Of a stretch of 64,000 nt of DNA, positions 31,741 to 44,515 are shown one piece after another. Both the position numbers and the translations under genes were made by a program. Source of the DNA: Azolla caroliniana (lineage: Eukaryota; Plantae; Polypodiophyta). Below the pieces are notes generated by a model. That model was not told where the DNA came from and did not search any database. It saw only the letters and a list, made by a program, of their open reading frames with translations. Position 1 is the first letter of the stretch. Every line of letters starts with the position of its first letter. The stretch lies in NCBI GenBank assembly GCA_043228905.1, contig JBHGNT010000009.1, forward strand, positions 18,600,001-18,664,000. The letters run 5' to 3'.

Positions 31741-32200
31741 GAGCTTGAGGGGGCGTGTTGAGAATTAAGCTCAACATAGTACAACGTGTGAACACACCTT
31801 TTGAGAATCCATGATTACTCAAAGGTCAAGAGTCACACCACTACTCTCTACACATTAACTATCTGTCATAGAATCATATTCTATGACACATAACTAATGA
31901 GTTACATATTCCCCATGACTATGAGTCTTCACATTCCCCAAGAGAGAGAGTGGTTGTTGTAAAGTTAATGAAGAGAGAGGGTGACTCTATATAAAGCACC
32001 CTCCTCATACTTCATACAAAGTCTGTTGTGACTCCTTGTAATGCTACATTTTCATTTATCATATTCTCCTTGTTAATATACATCTCCTTCTTCTTGAGTA
32101 CTTCATTTTGTCTCTTATCCATCTTGTGTTTCTCTCCTCTCCTCTTTCCTCTTTCCTCTCACACATAAACATAACACACATCTCTTCCGCTACACAAGAA
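31741..32200 (+). mobile_element. PPT plus LTR remnant of another LTR element
   Basis: GAGCTTGAGGGGGCG then TGTTGAG at 31756, TATATAAA near 31989, TC-rich tract; right boundary uncertain. Confidence 0.55.
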
Positions 32201-33802
32201 TCGCCATTGATTCTTTACAAGAAGTAACAATGGAACTCGAAGTAGGGATGTCATGTGCACTTACTTGATATACTTGAAGTCTAGGTTTATGTGGACAATT
32301 CACGGCTATATGTCCTGGACCGCCACAATATAGGCATAGGTGGTGCGCTCGACGTCGTTGCTTCTCAGCATTTGATAAAGGCCCTCAATGTTGTGTTGTC
32401 TCTATTTCCATCGGAGTTGGGCCATCCCTTGTAATGGGTCTGGAAACTTGTGGAGGCGTTGCGACTACAAAAGCATACGTCTATTCCGGTTAGTGACGAA
32501 ACATTTGTTGGGTCTTAGAACGTCACTCAAATAGGCGATTATCACATCGCACGACTCGACTAATGGCCTATGTTAGAGACTTCGGATCTTCATGGAAAGT
32601 AAGAAGAAGATCTTTGACATCATTACGCAAACCTTGACGGAATTGATCCATTAAGGCCGCCTCATCCCAAGGGATATCGCATGCCAAAAGACAGAAATCA
32701 GCTGCGTAAGCCGACGCAAGACGATCTCGTTGTCGGAGCCTTCGAATCTTGTTTATTGTCGTCCCAGTGTTGTTGGTGTCTCCGAAACTAGCTTGAAAAT
32801 CCTTAACAAATGCCTCAAAATCCTCCAGCAATGGTGATTTCTTCTCGAGAAGTGGTGCAAACCATGCTAATGTTGTACCACATAGCAAGGTTCCCATTAA
32901 TCCCACACGAGCAGCGTCAGTTGGGTACCGATTAGGATGTAACTGAATAACCAAACGGACTTGATTAAAGAAGCCTCGAAATAAAGACCCCGTACCATCA
33001 AACTTAGCAAGGAGGCTAATATTTGGTTCTCGAGGGGAGTTTTGAGGCCCGACGCTTGTTCTCGTAATGACAATATAGTAGCCTCAAGTCGATGAACCCG
33101 TTGTGATAACTCTTCATATTGTTGAGCTTTTTCGGTACTCACTTGTTGAAGGTCGCCTAATAAATAGCCTTTGATTTTCATGCTCTAATGCCACAAATTT
33201 ATTCGTAAACATGTCGAGCTCAGAAAGAACACACATGTATTCCTGTTTGCTCACGGACTCCATAACTTATGAGGGGAGAGGAGAAGAAAGAAGAGAACTT
33301 GTTGGAAGAAGGAGAAATGAAGAATTGGTTCAAACTATTAAGACAAAGGGAAAGAGAGAGAAAGAGAGGAAAAGAGATATAGTGTTAAGATAGAAAGAGA
33401 GAATTGAAAAGAACGAATTGTATTGCAATATAAGATGGAGTACAAAGGGTAGACAGTAGGGAGCTATGCGATGGTGTGGAACCAATTTGGTTTTTGGAGG
33501 ATTGATAGATCCCTATTTATAAGTCCCTATAGAGTAATATAGATTACTATAGAATATTCTAGGATATTCTAGAATATAGAGTAATCTAGTACTTTAGAAC
33601 GTTCTAACATATAAAACACTCTAGAATATTCTAGGACATTCTAGAATATAAAGTAATATAGAATATTCTTATGATATTAGATTATATATTCTAAAAGCCA
33701 TACACATAAACATGTTACTACAATGGTTAAAGATTTGACATGTGTATAACAAGGTTGTGGGTTCAAATCCTTTCGAGGCATGATGTGAGTGTTGTCATGA
33801 CA
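32200..33802 (-). mobile_element. Tcn1/PEG10-like Gypsy remnant: 5' LTR plus degraded gag
   Basis: LTR starts TGTCATGA (33802), TATAAATAGGG; gag from ATG 33263 with KFDG.R..FRGFLNQV, WDEAALMDQFRQGL, CLYCGGPGHIAVNC. Confidence 0.85.
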
Positions 33803-33889
33803 CCTAGATTACAATCAAGATGAACAACACCAGTTACAGAGTCTTTCAATTCATCAACACATCTATTCGATTTTCTTGTAGTCACTTGT

Positions 33890-34003
33890 GCATATTATCT
33901 ATCCGTGAAAGTGTGCATGGAGTGGTTGTCAATGAACATGATGTAGTATCGACATCCACCGAAGGTTGCTATTTGTGTCGTTCCCAAACATCTGAGTGAG
34001 TTA
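33890..34003 (-). mobile_element. Copia integrase fragment
   Basis: HSDVW..ATFGGCRYYIMFIDNHS. Confidence 0.7.
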
Positions 34004-34007
34004 TGTC

Positions 34008-34240
34008 TGTTGTTCGCCGGAATAGTAACCAATGGACAGAAGTGCAGAAGCATTATAATATAGTAAAGCGTAAGAAACGCATGTAACGGTTCACGCGAGA
34101 AGCGTGAACGGCTAAAGGCCATGTGTATATAAAGGGTAGAAATCCTCTGTAAGAGGCAACATGTAATTTTGGTGCATAGAGCATTTTCCTAATAGAATAT
34201 TATCTTCTCTGATTTCTGTGCATCTCTGTGGTTTTATCTT
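34008..34240 (+). repeat. LTR-like fragment with hairpin GTTCACGC-N5-GCGTGAAC
   Basis: TGTTG start, TATATAAAGGG; ~56 bp recur inverted at 43361-43416. Confidence 0.5.
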
Positions 34241-34299
34241 GTAAAGAATCAAGAGATGGATTCTTGTGAAGTGGAAGAGATGTGAGTTATGTGTGTGTG

Positions 34300-34305
34300 T
34301 AAGAG

Positions 34306-34337
<32 letters not shown>

Positions 34338-37300
34338 TATATTATCGTCTTCGGAGGTCAAATATGACCTATGAGACCAAAAATATTACATTTCACGTGA
34401 TATGTGTGAAAGTGAGTAGTGAATCTCGATGTTCAAGAACTTTACCAATGAATGTTGCAATTGAGAGTGCACATTGTGGTTGTGAGAGGAATTCATGCAA
34501 AGATTGGGCTCGATCGAAGAGATGTGTAAAGCATGGTCGAATATGATCAAAGGCAGAGCATTGTATCAAAGTGTGATACTCAGACTCGCGAACTTGTTTA
34601 GGGCAAAGTGCGCATAGCCGACCACTCTCATCACTTGTACCCCAACGCCCTATTTCACATCGCAATGCATGTGAGCTAAGTCGCATGGAAGCAATGGTTC
34701 GAATGGAAGATAACGGTATGGGCTCTAACATGTATGGATGTGTACGATTTCCCCGTTCCGCGAAGAATATGGTTTTGTAGTTAGGTGCAACATGTGTAGT
34801 ATAATGTGTGAAGCGTGAGCCTCCAGATTTGTCCCATGTCATGATACATTGGCGTTGCAAAAATGCCTCATTTACAGAGGAATCTAATGATGCATCATGA
34901 AGCAAGTGTCTCGCATCCCATCTACCAAACCATTTTTCTATATCTTGCATCCAACCGGAACACAAAATTTTGCTTTTATGCGTCTTTTGCTTGCTTCCCA
35001 CGCAATTCTAGGAAGTCGATGTGAGGGACTTTTTTGAACCTTAAGCATGTATTCAACAACCCTTTCCATGGCCACGATCTTAATGGGAAGCGATCCCGTC
35101 TCAAGGAGGAGGAGGGTGTAGGGCGTTTGTTTCTTAACTTGTAGAAACTTGGTAAGAAAATGCTTTTGGACATTTTCAAACTCTTTCCACATAGATTTAG
35201 GGATGCTACCGCCCCATACTTCCACCCCATAGAGAAGAACCGGTGTCACCAAAGTGTCGAAAAGATATTTCTTGAGGACCCAACACTTAATATCTCCAAG
35301 ATTGCATGTGTTCTCAAATGCATAGTATGCTCGCTTGCCCGCCTCTAAGCGGCGTGTAGCACATTCATTCCATCTATGATTTGAAGGAACTTCAAGGCCA
35401 AGATATTTGAAGCTTTCCACACATTCAAGTGGCTCATGGTTGTACATAATGCATGGTTTATCTCTTTTTTGGCTCTTCACAAGCATAATCTTTGTTTTAG
35501 AGCTATTGACACTTAATTTAGTATGCATGCAAAATTTTTCCAATGCCTTCATAAGCTTTTGTGCATCTCCTAAAGTATTTGCAAAAAGCACTACATCATC
35601 TGCATATAGCAAAAGCATAATCACAACATTCCCAATGGCAACTTCTTCAACACATTCTTCCTTTGCAAACTTGGTAACCATTTCTTCCAATTCATCAATG
35701 CATAGACCAAATAGTGTTGGTGAGAGTGGGCATCCTTGCTTAACACCAATAGTGCTTTTGAAAAAATCTGAAAGTTTATCTCTCATGCGCACACAACATA
35801 TAACCTTCTCATAAATTCGGGAAATTGCAAGCATATATTCACTTGGCACCTCAAGTTCTTCCATTCGCCTCCAAAGATGCTCACGAGGTACCATATCAAA
35901 AGCTTTCTTGAAGTCTACAAAGCAACAATATAAACCTTTACCTCTAAGGCGACTTTCCTCCGTTAATACTCGAAGGGTGATAAGGTGATCAATGGTGCTA
36001 TGGTGTTTCCGAAAGCCAGCTTGTCCATAAGCTCTCTTACCACTTTTTTCAGCCCATACACTTATCTTTGATTCCATTATACATCCAAATAGTTTTGCCA
36101 TTAATGAGCCAACCATGATGGTTCGATAGTTGTTTACATTATTTATATCTCCACCTTTATGTAAAGGTTTGATCCAATTTGTAGTCCAATCGTACGACAT
36201 ACCATGTTGCAATGCATCATTAAACATATCGCTTATCCATATATGTGCTTCCTTTCCCGTCCATTTGAGCATTTCAACCTTTATACATTGAAGATCGCTT
36301 GCCTTTCGAGAGGCCAATTTCTTAAGTCCTATGCATATATCTTCAATTGTAAAGAAGGGAGGCATATGTGAAAGAGAACCATAACACATCATCTTTCCGC
36401 CAAGAGATAACTCATATAAATTCTTACAATGCATAGACAAGTCGTGAAGAGTTAAGTCACCATAACTCTCAACATGTTTTCCCTTTAGATTTCCCCAAAA
36501 TTTAGCACATGCATGTGCTTTCTCTTGCGTTTGGATAAGTTGTTGAGTAACTTCCCATATTCTTCTCTTTCTTTGAATAAGCCTTTTATACTCATGCAAA
36601 TGCTTTTGGTAATTCTCTTTATCCTTAACTACATCCAAAACCATAAGGCACTTTCGAGCTTCATGAAATTCTTTATCAAACCATTTTTTCCTAAGTTTCT
36701 TGGTGCATTTCCAAGATGTGCGATTGGTCGAAAAACATTTGTTTGTACATGAGAGAATGACTTTCTTGAAAGCTTCCCATTTGCATTCTAGTGTGGCACC
36801 ATGTTGTATCTTTGTCATTTGTAACATATCCTCAACCATCTTGGAATACATGGGTGCTCGCTTAAGGTTCATGCTCAAGTGCGGTTGTTTATTATCTTCA
36901 ATAGCCTTCTCACAATCAAACCTATGCATACATTTGAGATCAATACATAAAGGCCTATGATTGGATTCCGGTGTCCATTCACCAAGTGAGAATTTATGTA
37001 TACGATCCAAAATATATTCAGAAACTAGCACATAGTCAATCACACTATTTCCATTGTGTTTTCTACATGTAAAACCATTAGTGTTGGGCCATAAGGAAAT
37101 GCCATTTGCAATAAGCAATCCGGTACTATTGCACATTTGTAGGAGTAACTTCCCAAATTGGTCAGGATCTTTTTCATCGCTAGAAGAGCGGTTATACATT
37201 TGCATATCCTCTTGCATCCTTGAGATATGTGGCATGAAAGATTCTTGTGAATCAAGTTGGAAACTTCTTGTACGAGCATTCATGTCACCAAAGACAATAA

Positions 37301-38297
37301 CTTCCCCTTTGGATTTGAAATAAGCAATATCATCTTCTAGATTGGTAAACGGTTGATCTTTATCCAAACAAGCATAAAAGTTAGAATCTTGATGAGGAAT
37401 GTAACATCCAACTACAAAAGTGGGCAAATCATTAGGTGTTTCTATTTTGAGCCGTATGTAGCATTTATTTTCATCATTTTTTATGATTGACACATATTTC
37501 TCTATTTCCTTCTTAATCAAACATGCCACCCCTCCTTGTCCTCTTCTTTGTCTTGGATTTTTCTTCCATATCAAAGAGTGTACATTATAGTTTCCTAAAC
37601 CTTGAATCCTTTGAGTATCATGCTCCCATGTCTCAACAAGAAGTGTGATGTCCGAGTCATCGGTGAACTCCTCTATGCCAAATCCCGCATTCCATGGGTA
37701 TCCATTGCAATTCCAAAAGCATAGTCGTAAAAGGCGTGGGTTAGTCTCATAGATCACGTGTCCTTATTTGCCTACATTTCCATCTTTAGGCACATCCTTA
37801 ACCTTGTTTTTCAATCTTTCTTCATATGCTTTACGACGAGCATTTTGTTGTGAGATAGTACGATCTTCACTCACAAAGCATTGTGTACCTTTGAGGTATA
37901 CCCAACTATTTTCGAGTATGATCCGCCGCTTTGTATCATCTGTCATTGTGCATACAATAGGCCTTTCTCCGGAGCGACTAACACCATGTTTCCCAACTCG
38001 GTGTGCCCCATATACATTCACATCCGACATCCCATAATGCATGCTAAAAAATTCACCAATGGCCTTTCCAAGGGATGCGGGTGTTTCAATACTCTCTTCT
38101 TTAATCCCATGGACGACAATGTTCTTTGATCGTCGTTCACGTTCTTTCAATTCTCGGACATCTATGTTTTCGATATTCTTCTCTTGATGCATCACATGCA
38201 TATTAGATGAGTTTGATAGCACATCCCCACCACATACATCGGCCCATGACTTCGTTGTACATACATTTTTCATCTCACTTACATCCCGCCTCATCGT
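34300..38297 (-). mobile_element. RTEX-like LINE, near full length, 5' truncated in ORF1
   Basis: ORF1 remnant 38297-37764 (RSKNIVVHGIKE..HRVG..RPI), ORF2 APE+RT, C-terminal Cys/His motif, (ATCT)n tail. Confidence 0.93.
34393..37757 (-). pseudogene. LINE ORF2 (AP endonuclease + RT + C-terminal Zn motif), one frameshift near 34985
   Basis: WNCNG, ETW, GDMNAR, IDY, SNHRP; GVKQGCPLSPTLF, YADD, FKYLG; LCALC..EYH..IQC. A 10-nt deletion between AAAAGA repeats relative to the intronic copy causes the shift. Confidence 0.92.
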
Positions 38298-41200
38298 GAG
38301 AGCCGGTGCTACGGCGAGCGCCTCCTTCAGTCTCCGGACCGACTCCGTGTGCTCTGTCCTCCATTCGAACCGGCGCCCTTTCTTTAATAGCCCGTAAAGC
38401 GGTTCCACGACATGCGCGTAGTGTGGAATCCAGATGTGATAGAACGCACATGCCCCTAGGATCCTTTGGACCTCCGTAACCGACCCGCAATCATCCTTCA
38501 TCGCGGAGATCGCTTCTACCTTCGCCAGGGACGGCTTCTGACCGTAAGGCCCACACAGGTGTCCGACTACCAGGATCTCCGACTGTCCGAAGGATGATTT
38601 TTCTCTGGAGAAGGTGAGCCACATGCCCTCGAGTCTTTGTAACACCTTCTCGCAGTCGCAGATGTGATCCATCGCGAACCTTCGGCAACCGTCGGCCCCG
38701 ACCGACTCGTCCTTTGGTCGTCCAGAAACGGCATGGTGATGTCCGGGATGCAGTCCCTGAACACCTTGTTCATTGCATTCACCATGTGCGCCACCGAGTT
38801 CGTTCCCCCTTGTAGTAGGGTACACATCCGAACTAGGCCGAGAGGAGTCCACATCGTCGTGATATCCCTGCTCTCTACGGCTAGTTGGAATTGATCGTAC
38901 CCTAAGTACAGATCCCCGACCGAGTAGATCGAGCTCCCTTCGAAGGCCTCCGCGAACTCGTCAATGGTCGGTCCGATACTTGCGTTTCGAATGGTCACCT
39001 TGTTGACAGGCTGCAGGTCTTGTATGAAGCACAGTGTGTCGTTCTTCTTTGGCACGCTAAACCACCGATTCGAATATGAGGCACTCGATGGTTCGAGGAT
39101 GGCACGGTAAACCACCGCCCGCAACTTTTCCTTCACCCGTTTCACGTCCTCCGGCCTCCGCTCGAGTTGCCGAATCCGCGCCGCCAGCAACTCCTCCCGG
39201 CTCATCTCGTCCTTCCAATCTACCACCGCCCATGAGGAAACTGTCCGTTCCACCGGCATGATCAGCTTCTGTCCGTACATCAGCTCTACCGGCATAAACC
39301 ATGTCACCGAACTGTGCGTAGTTCGGTCTGCCCACAGTGCGTAAGGAAGGAGCCGCGACCAATTCCAGACCTGCCCTCCGCATGCACGCACCAACGCCTT
39401 CACAATCGGCTCGTGCCCACGTTCTACCTTCCCGTTCGCCTCCGGATTGTACGCCGTAGTGAGGGAGAGTTTGACCCCTAGTCGGTCGAACAGCTCCTCA
39501 GCTTCCCACACATCCAGCTCTCCCTTGTCTGCCACGATCCTCCCGACGCACCCGTACCGACACACTACCTCTTCGATCAGGAACCGGCATACTGCCGCGG
39601 TTGTTTTGTTCTGCAATACACGGCCTTCCACCTAGTTCGTTAAGTCTTCCCGCACCAGCACCAGGTATTGCATCTGCCCTGCTCCCATCGGCATCGTCAC
39701 CAAGTCCACCATCCACTTGAAATGAACCGCAGGCAGGTAAGTCGGGTGTAGCTCGTCCCGATGTCAGACTATGGAATGCATCTGACAGCTTTCGCAAGTC
39801 GTTACGAACCGATGCACGTCCTGGTACAGCCCCGACCACCAGTACTTCTCCTTCAGCTTCTCGAACGTGGCCCACGTTCCGCGATGCCCGACCTAGGGAC
39901 TCTCGTGAAATGCCGCCAATAGTTCCTCCTGTTCTTCTTTCTTTGCCGCTACTCAGAGCGGGATGTCGCTTCTTTTCTTTGGGTGCCTCCATATGCACCC
40001 GTCCCGTAGGAAGAATTGGTACGCCTTCTTCCGTACCCGGCTCGCCGACTTCTTCGTGCTCCGAAACCATGTTGTCTTTGTCATTGAACCTTGCTCTCGA
40101 AAGCATGTTGGCCATGGCGTTATCCTTTCCGGAGATGTGCCGTATCTCCGGGTTCAGGGACTTAATGTACGCTATCCACCGGAGCATTGCTAGATTCGGC
40201 GTCGCGCATCCGGAAACCATGCCGAGTATCAGCAGGCACTCCGTCTCAATTGTTACCTCTGTCCCGATCAGGTAGTCCCTGTCGGCCTTGACTGCCGAAG
40301 CGATACCCCATAGTTCGCGCTTGACTTGGGCGTATCCTCGCTATCGCTCGCTCAATACCTTCGCCCCGAACCGGATTGGGAACCGTGTGCCATCCTCGTC
40401 CTCCTGGTTGATCACCCACCCGATCCAGGTCGCGCTCGTGTCCACCATTACGTAGATGGGGACCCCCTTACCATAAACCTCTTTACGGAGAGTTGGCGCT
40501 ATCGTAAGCGCCTCCTTTAGTCTCTGGACCGACTCCGTGTGCTCCGTCCTCCACTCAAAGCTACACCCCTTTTTCAATAGTTCGTAGAGGGGTTCCGCGA
40601 CATGTGCGTAGTGCAGGATCCAGATGTGGTAGAACGCGCATGCTCCCAAGAATCTGCGGACCTCCATGACAGACCCGCAATCGTTCCTCATCACGGAGAT
40701 GGCCTCTACCTTTGCCGGAGATAGTTTCCTACCGTAAGGCCCGCACATGTGTCCGACCACCAAGATCTCCGACTGCCCGAACGCCGATTTTTCTCTGGAG
40801 AAGGTGAATCATGCGGTTTTGAGCCTTTGCAGCACCTTCTCGCAGTCGTCAATGTGGTTCACGACGAACCTCCGGCATCCGTCTGGCCCGACAGTCTCGT
40901 CCGCATCATCCACCGAACACCCTTTTATCGGGATGTCGTCCAAGAATGGCATGGTGATGCCTGGGATGTAGTCCCTCAGCACCTTGTTCATTGCGTTCAC
41001 CATATGCGCCACCAAATTTGTCCCGCCTTGTGGTAGGGTACACATCCGTACTAGGCCGAGAGGGGTTCGCATCGTAGTGATATCCCTGCCCTCCACAGCT
41101 AGCTGGAACTGGTCGTATCCCGAGTATAAGTCACCGACCGAATAGATCGACCTTCCAGCGAAGGCCTCCGCGAACTCTTCTATGGTCGGTCTGATTCCTG

Positions 41201-43350
41201 CATTACGGATGGTCACCCTGTTGACCGGTTGCAGGTCCTGAATGAAGCGTAGTGTGCCGTTCTTCTTCGGCACCGTAAACCACCGATTCGAATATGGGGT
41301 GCTCGACGATTCGAGGATGCCCATCTCCACCTTTTGCTTCAAAAGCTCCATCAACTTCGGGATGTGAGCTCTTGGCACCGGAATCGGTTTGAGATTCCAC
41401 GGTACATGCGGTACCGTGAAGATCACCATCGGTTCGACGATCGTCGGGTCCACGCACCCGATCTCCTCCGGCGAGAACGCGAAGGCTTTCCCATGCCTTC
41501 TGAGCATTCTCCGAAACCTGTCCTCCTCCGTCGGCAGTAGAAAGCCACCCCCACCGACCTTGAGCTCCCGTAGCGTTATGTCGATGAATCGATGCCCTAT
41601 GCCAGCCGGATTCCATAAACTTGGGTCCGACGCGACCCCCTTTCATCCGCTCCTCACTGCCCTCTGGCAAGGGTGCCGTGACCGGCCTCACCTTCCGGTC
41701 CACAATCTTGTACTTTGTACCCACGCGGGCCGTCCGATCCGACCCGATCCTTTCCACGAAGTCCGCGATGACTTCGTACATTCCCATCGAACCTACCGGA
41801 ACAGTCTGGTCATCTCTAAGGTCTTCACCGATCACCTTTCGCAACTCGCCCAAGGTGTCGTCAAAAGAGACCACCTCCACGGCGCCGCTGATCTCTTCGT
41901 CGGGGGAGAGGACTCTGCATCCCCTGAGCCGCTCCTCCGCTCGATTCCTTTCTCAGCCGTTGACGCCGGCTATAGTACAACCTCTGCCTTCGGAGAACCA
42001 AAACTTCCTACCTACTGTACATGTGTGGGGTTCTTCCGGTACGTCCGGACTACCGCGGCCCCACACCTTGATAGCCCTCTCTAAAAATCCCCTCGGTTGT
42101 CGCCACCAAGGGTCTCGCGATTCCTCTCATGGTTCGGACGTACAGTCATGAATTGGACGGAATGCCGACCGTCCTGGCTCTTGACGCGCGCATACGCCGA
42201 ACCGTTATCCAGCACCTTCGTCTCCATGCATGTTGCCGTAATGTATGGTTTGCCGAGAATCACCGGGTGCGAGGATGTTTCCTGGGCGAAGAAATGTTGA
42301 TCCATCTCAACGTCACGGACCTTCACGCGTATATTCGGGCACGCACCATGCAGCTCCTCCGTAGCACGAGTCGCCGCACGTATCTTCCACCCATGTTTGG
42401 TGTTGATCGGCCATTTACCCTTCTTGTAGAAATCCATGGACATCAGGTTGATTTTGGATCCATGGTCTACCAAGGCCACCATCAGTTCCGGAACGTCGCC
42501 GATCCGCACAGGGGTTTCCGTACTTGCCCTAGCCCAATGCGGCTTCGCGTAGTGGCTTTCCGGCAACTCGTCTTCTAGGGCCGCGTCTTCTAAGTGTGTA
42601 GTCCGCACCTCCACCGACTTCTCCGGTTCTGGCTCCGTTGAGAGCCTCTTCCGCTTCACCAAGTCTACGATGGAGTCGTGGAACTCTCTCTTGGCGATTC
42701 CCAGCACCTCCCGTAACGACAACTCCACTTTACTGTCGAGGATCCGCTCTTCAAGGACCTTCCGTAGGTCCGTTGCTCTCTCGATTTCGGTGCTCAACTG
42801 AAACCCCGCCTACTTCTTTCCGTCTGATGCGCCTAGGTTGCCGGCACCGGTCGGTTTCCGTCCAAACCAGGTCTCGTACCTCTGGGGGGGACCGACCCCC
42901 CCGGCCTTTCCTGCCCGTTTGTCTTCCACCAGAACCTCGTAGTTCTGGCAAGCGGCTTCTACGAAGCCCGTTACTCTTCGACCAGATCGTCCCATCCAGT
43001 GACCTCCTGGACCCTTTGTTCCGCGCGGTCCGCCTCTTCCTTCTTCAGCCGAACTCTGGAGAAACCTTCTAGCACTAGCGGCCAGAATCTGGAGTCCTTC
43101 ACCTTCCGAGTCTCATCACCCCCGACCCGAATTCCCACCGACACTGAGTAGTTAACGGCTTCTACGTGTCGTGTCGCGGCCTCTTCCATCAACCTCTTCA
43201 TTCTGCCGCGCCCCGTATTTAGTTCTAGGGCTCTCCGGGTCTCGCTCGCGTGCAGCCGCCCGTTCCAAAGGTACACCACGTTGGTCCTGAGCGCGTCGGC
43301 GAAATCCGCGCAATCCTTTCGAATGTGACCGATCGCGTTACACCACATGC
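38298..43350 (-). mobile_element. Degraded non-chromovirus Ty3/Gypsy (fungal Ylt1-like motifs) with duplicated RT
   Basis: gag knuckle WCNAIGHIRKDC, protease ALVDHGS, RT YSNRWF..FIQDLQPVN..LPQGGTN..FLDD, RNase H, integrase AYNPEANGKVERGH; second RT segment ~39117-38298. Confidence 0.9.
42023..42090 (-). promoter_or_regulatory. Candidate -1 ribosomal frameshift signal (G GAU UUU + H-type pseudoknot)
   Basis: Heptamer directly before the protease-ORF stop; 6-nt spacer; stem 1 GGGCUAUC/GGUAGUCC, stem 2 GUGUGGGG/CCCCACAC; the -1 frame matches the pol-upstream frame. Confidence 0.7.
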
Positions 43351-44040
43351 ACTGTTGCCCAGTTGTTCACGCTTCCCGCGTGAACCGTTACATGTGTTTC
43401 TTATGCTTTACTATATGGGTCGAAGCACGCTACGGTGTACCAGAAAAGTACTGTTTTTGGCCACAAAAATTGTTAGTACTTTCAATACTGTTAGTACTGA
43501 ATAATTCAGAAAAAAAATTAGAGAAAAAGAAAATCGATTTTGGAGAGTGGGGTGACTGTAGTACAAGTGTCATTTACTGTAGAAGGAGTGGGGGGAACAC
43601 GTGAGGAGATGTTCTTCCATTTTGGGGGCTATTTTCCCCTCACGTCGATTTTGGCGCTTCCCCTCACGTCGTTTTGGCGATTCCCCTCATACTGCTCTTC
43701 CTCTATCCCTCTGAGCTTTTCATCACAGACATCCATGTCACGTTTCTGATTTTCCTTCAATCTAAATCTCAGACATCCATGTCTGGTTGGAGAGTTTGAG
43801 TTGAGGATTTCAGATTTTTTTAGGGTTTCTGTTTTTGTTAGGTTTCGGTTGAGGTACAGAGACTGTTCTGAGGGTTCAGGTAGCAGCCAATAGTCACTTC
43901 TTCGACAACGACTTTCTTACTTCCACCGATTGCAGTTGATGTCGTGGTGATTTGGGGCTTTTTCCACCAAATCGAGGCGGCATTGGAGGTTCCTTCCACC
44001 AAATCGAGGCTCCTTCCACCAAATCGAGGCGGCATATCCA

Positions 44041-44460
44041 ACGCTCCCTCCACCATTGGAGGTTCCTTCCATCCATTTTTTTATTTTTAGTACTAAAATG
44101 TTTCATTTCTTCATATTTTAGTACTAAATTTTTAGAATTGACATTTGCCATATTTGATATGTAATTCTAATGTTTGAAACAAAATATTTCTCACTTTGCA
44201 GGCCACATTTAAAAACATTTGATTGTGTTTTCTTGGTTGAGTCTATATATCCACGCTCCCTCCACCATTGGAGGTTCCTTCCATCCATTTTTTTATTTTC
44301 AGTACTAAAATGTTTCATTTCTTCATATTTTAGTACTAAATTTTTAGAATTGACATTTGTCATATTTGATATGTAATTCTAATGTTTGAAACAAAATATT
44401 TCTCACTTTGCAGGCCACATTTAAAAACATTTGATTGTGTTTTCTTGGTTGAGTCTATAT
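44041..44460. repeat. 212-bp tandem duplication
   Basis: ACGCTCCCTCCACCATTGG at 44041 and 44253, near-identical. Confidence 0.95.
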
Positions 44461-44515
44461 AACATTAACTACTTTCGCAAGACACTTAATTTTTGTGGAT
44501 AAATCTAGTGACCGA

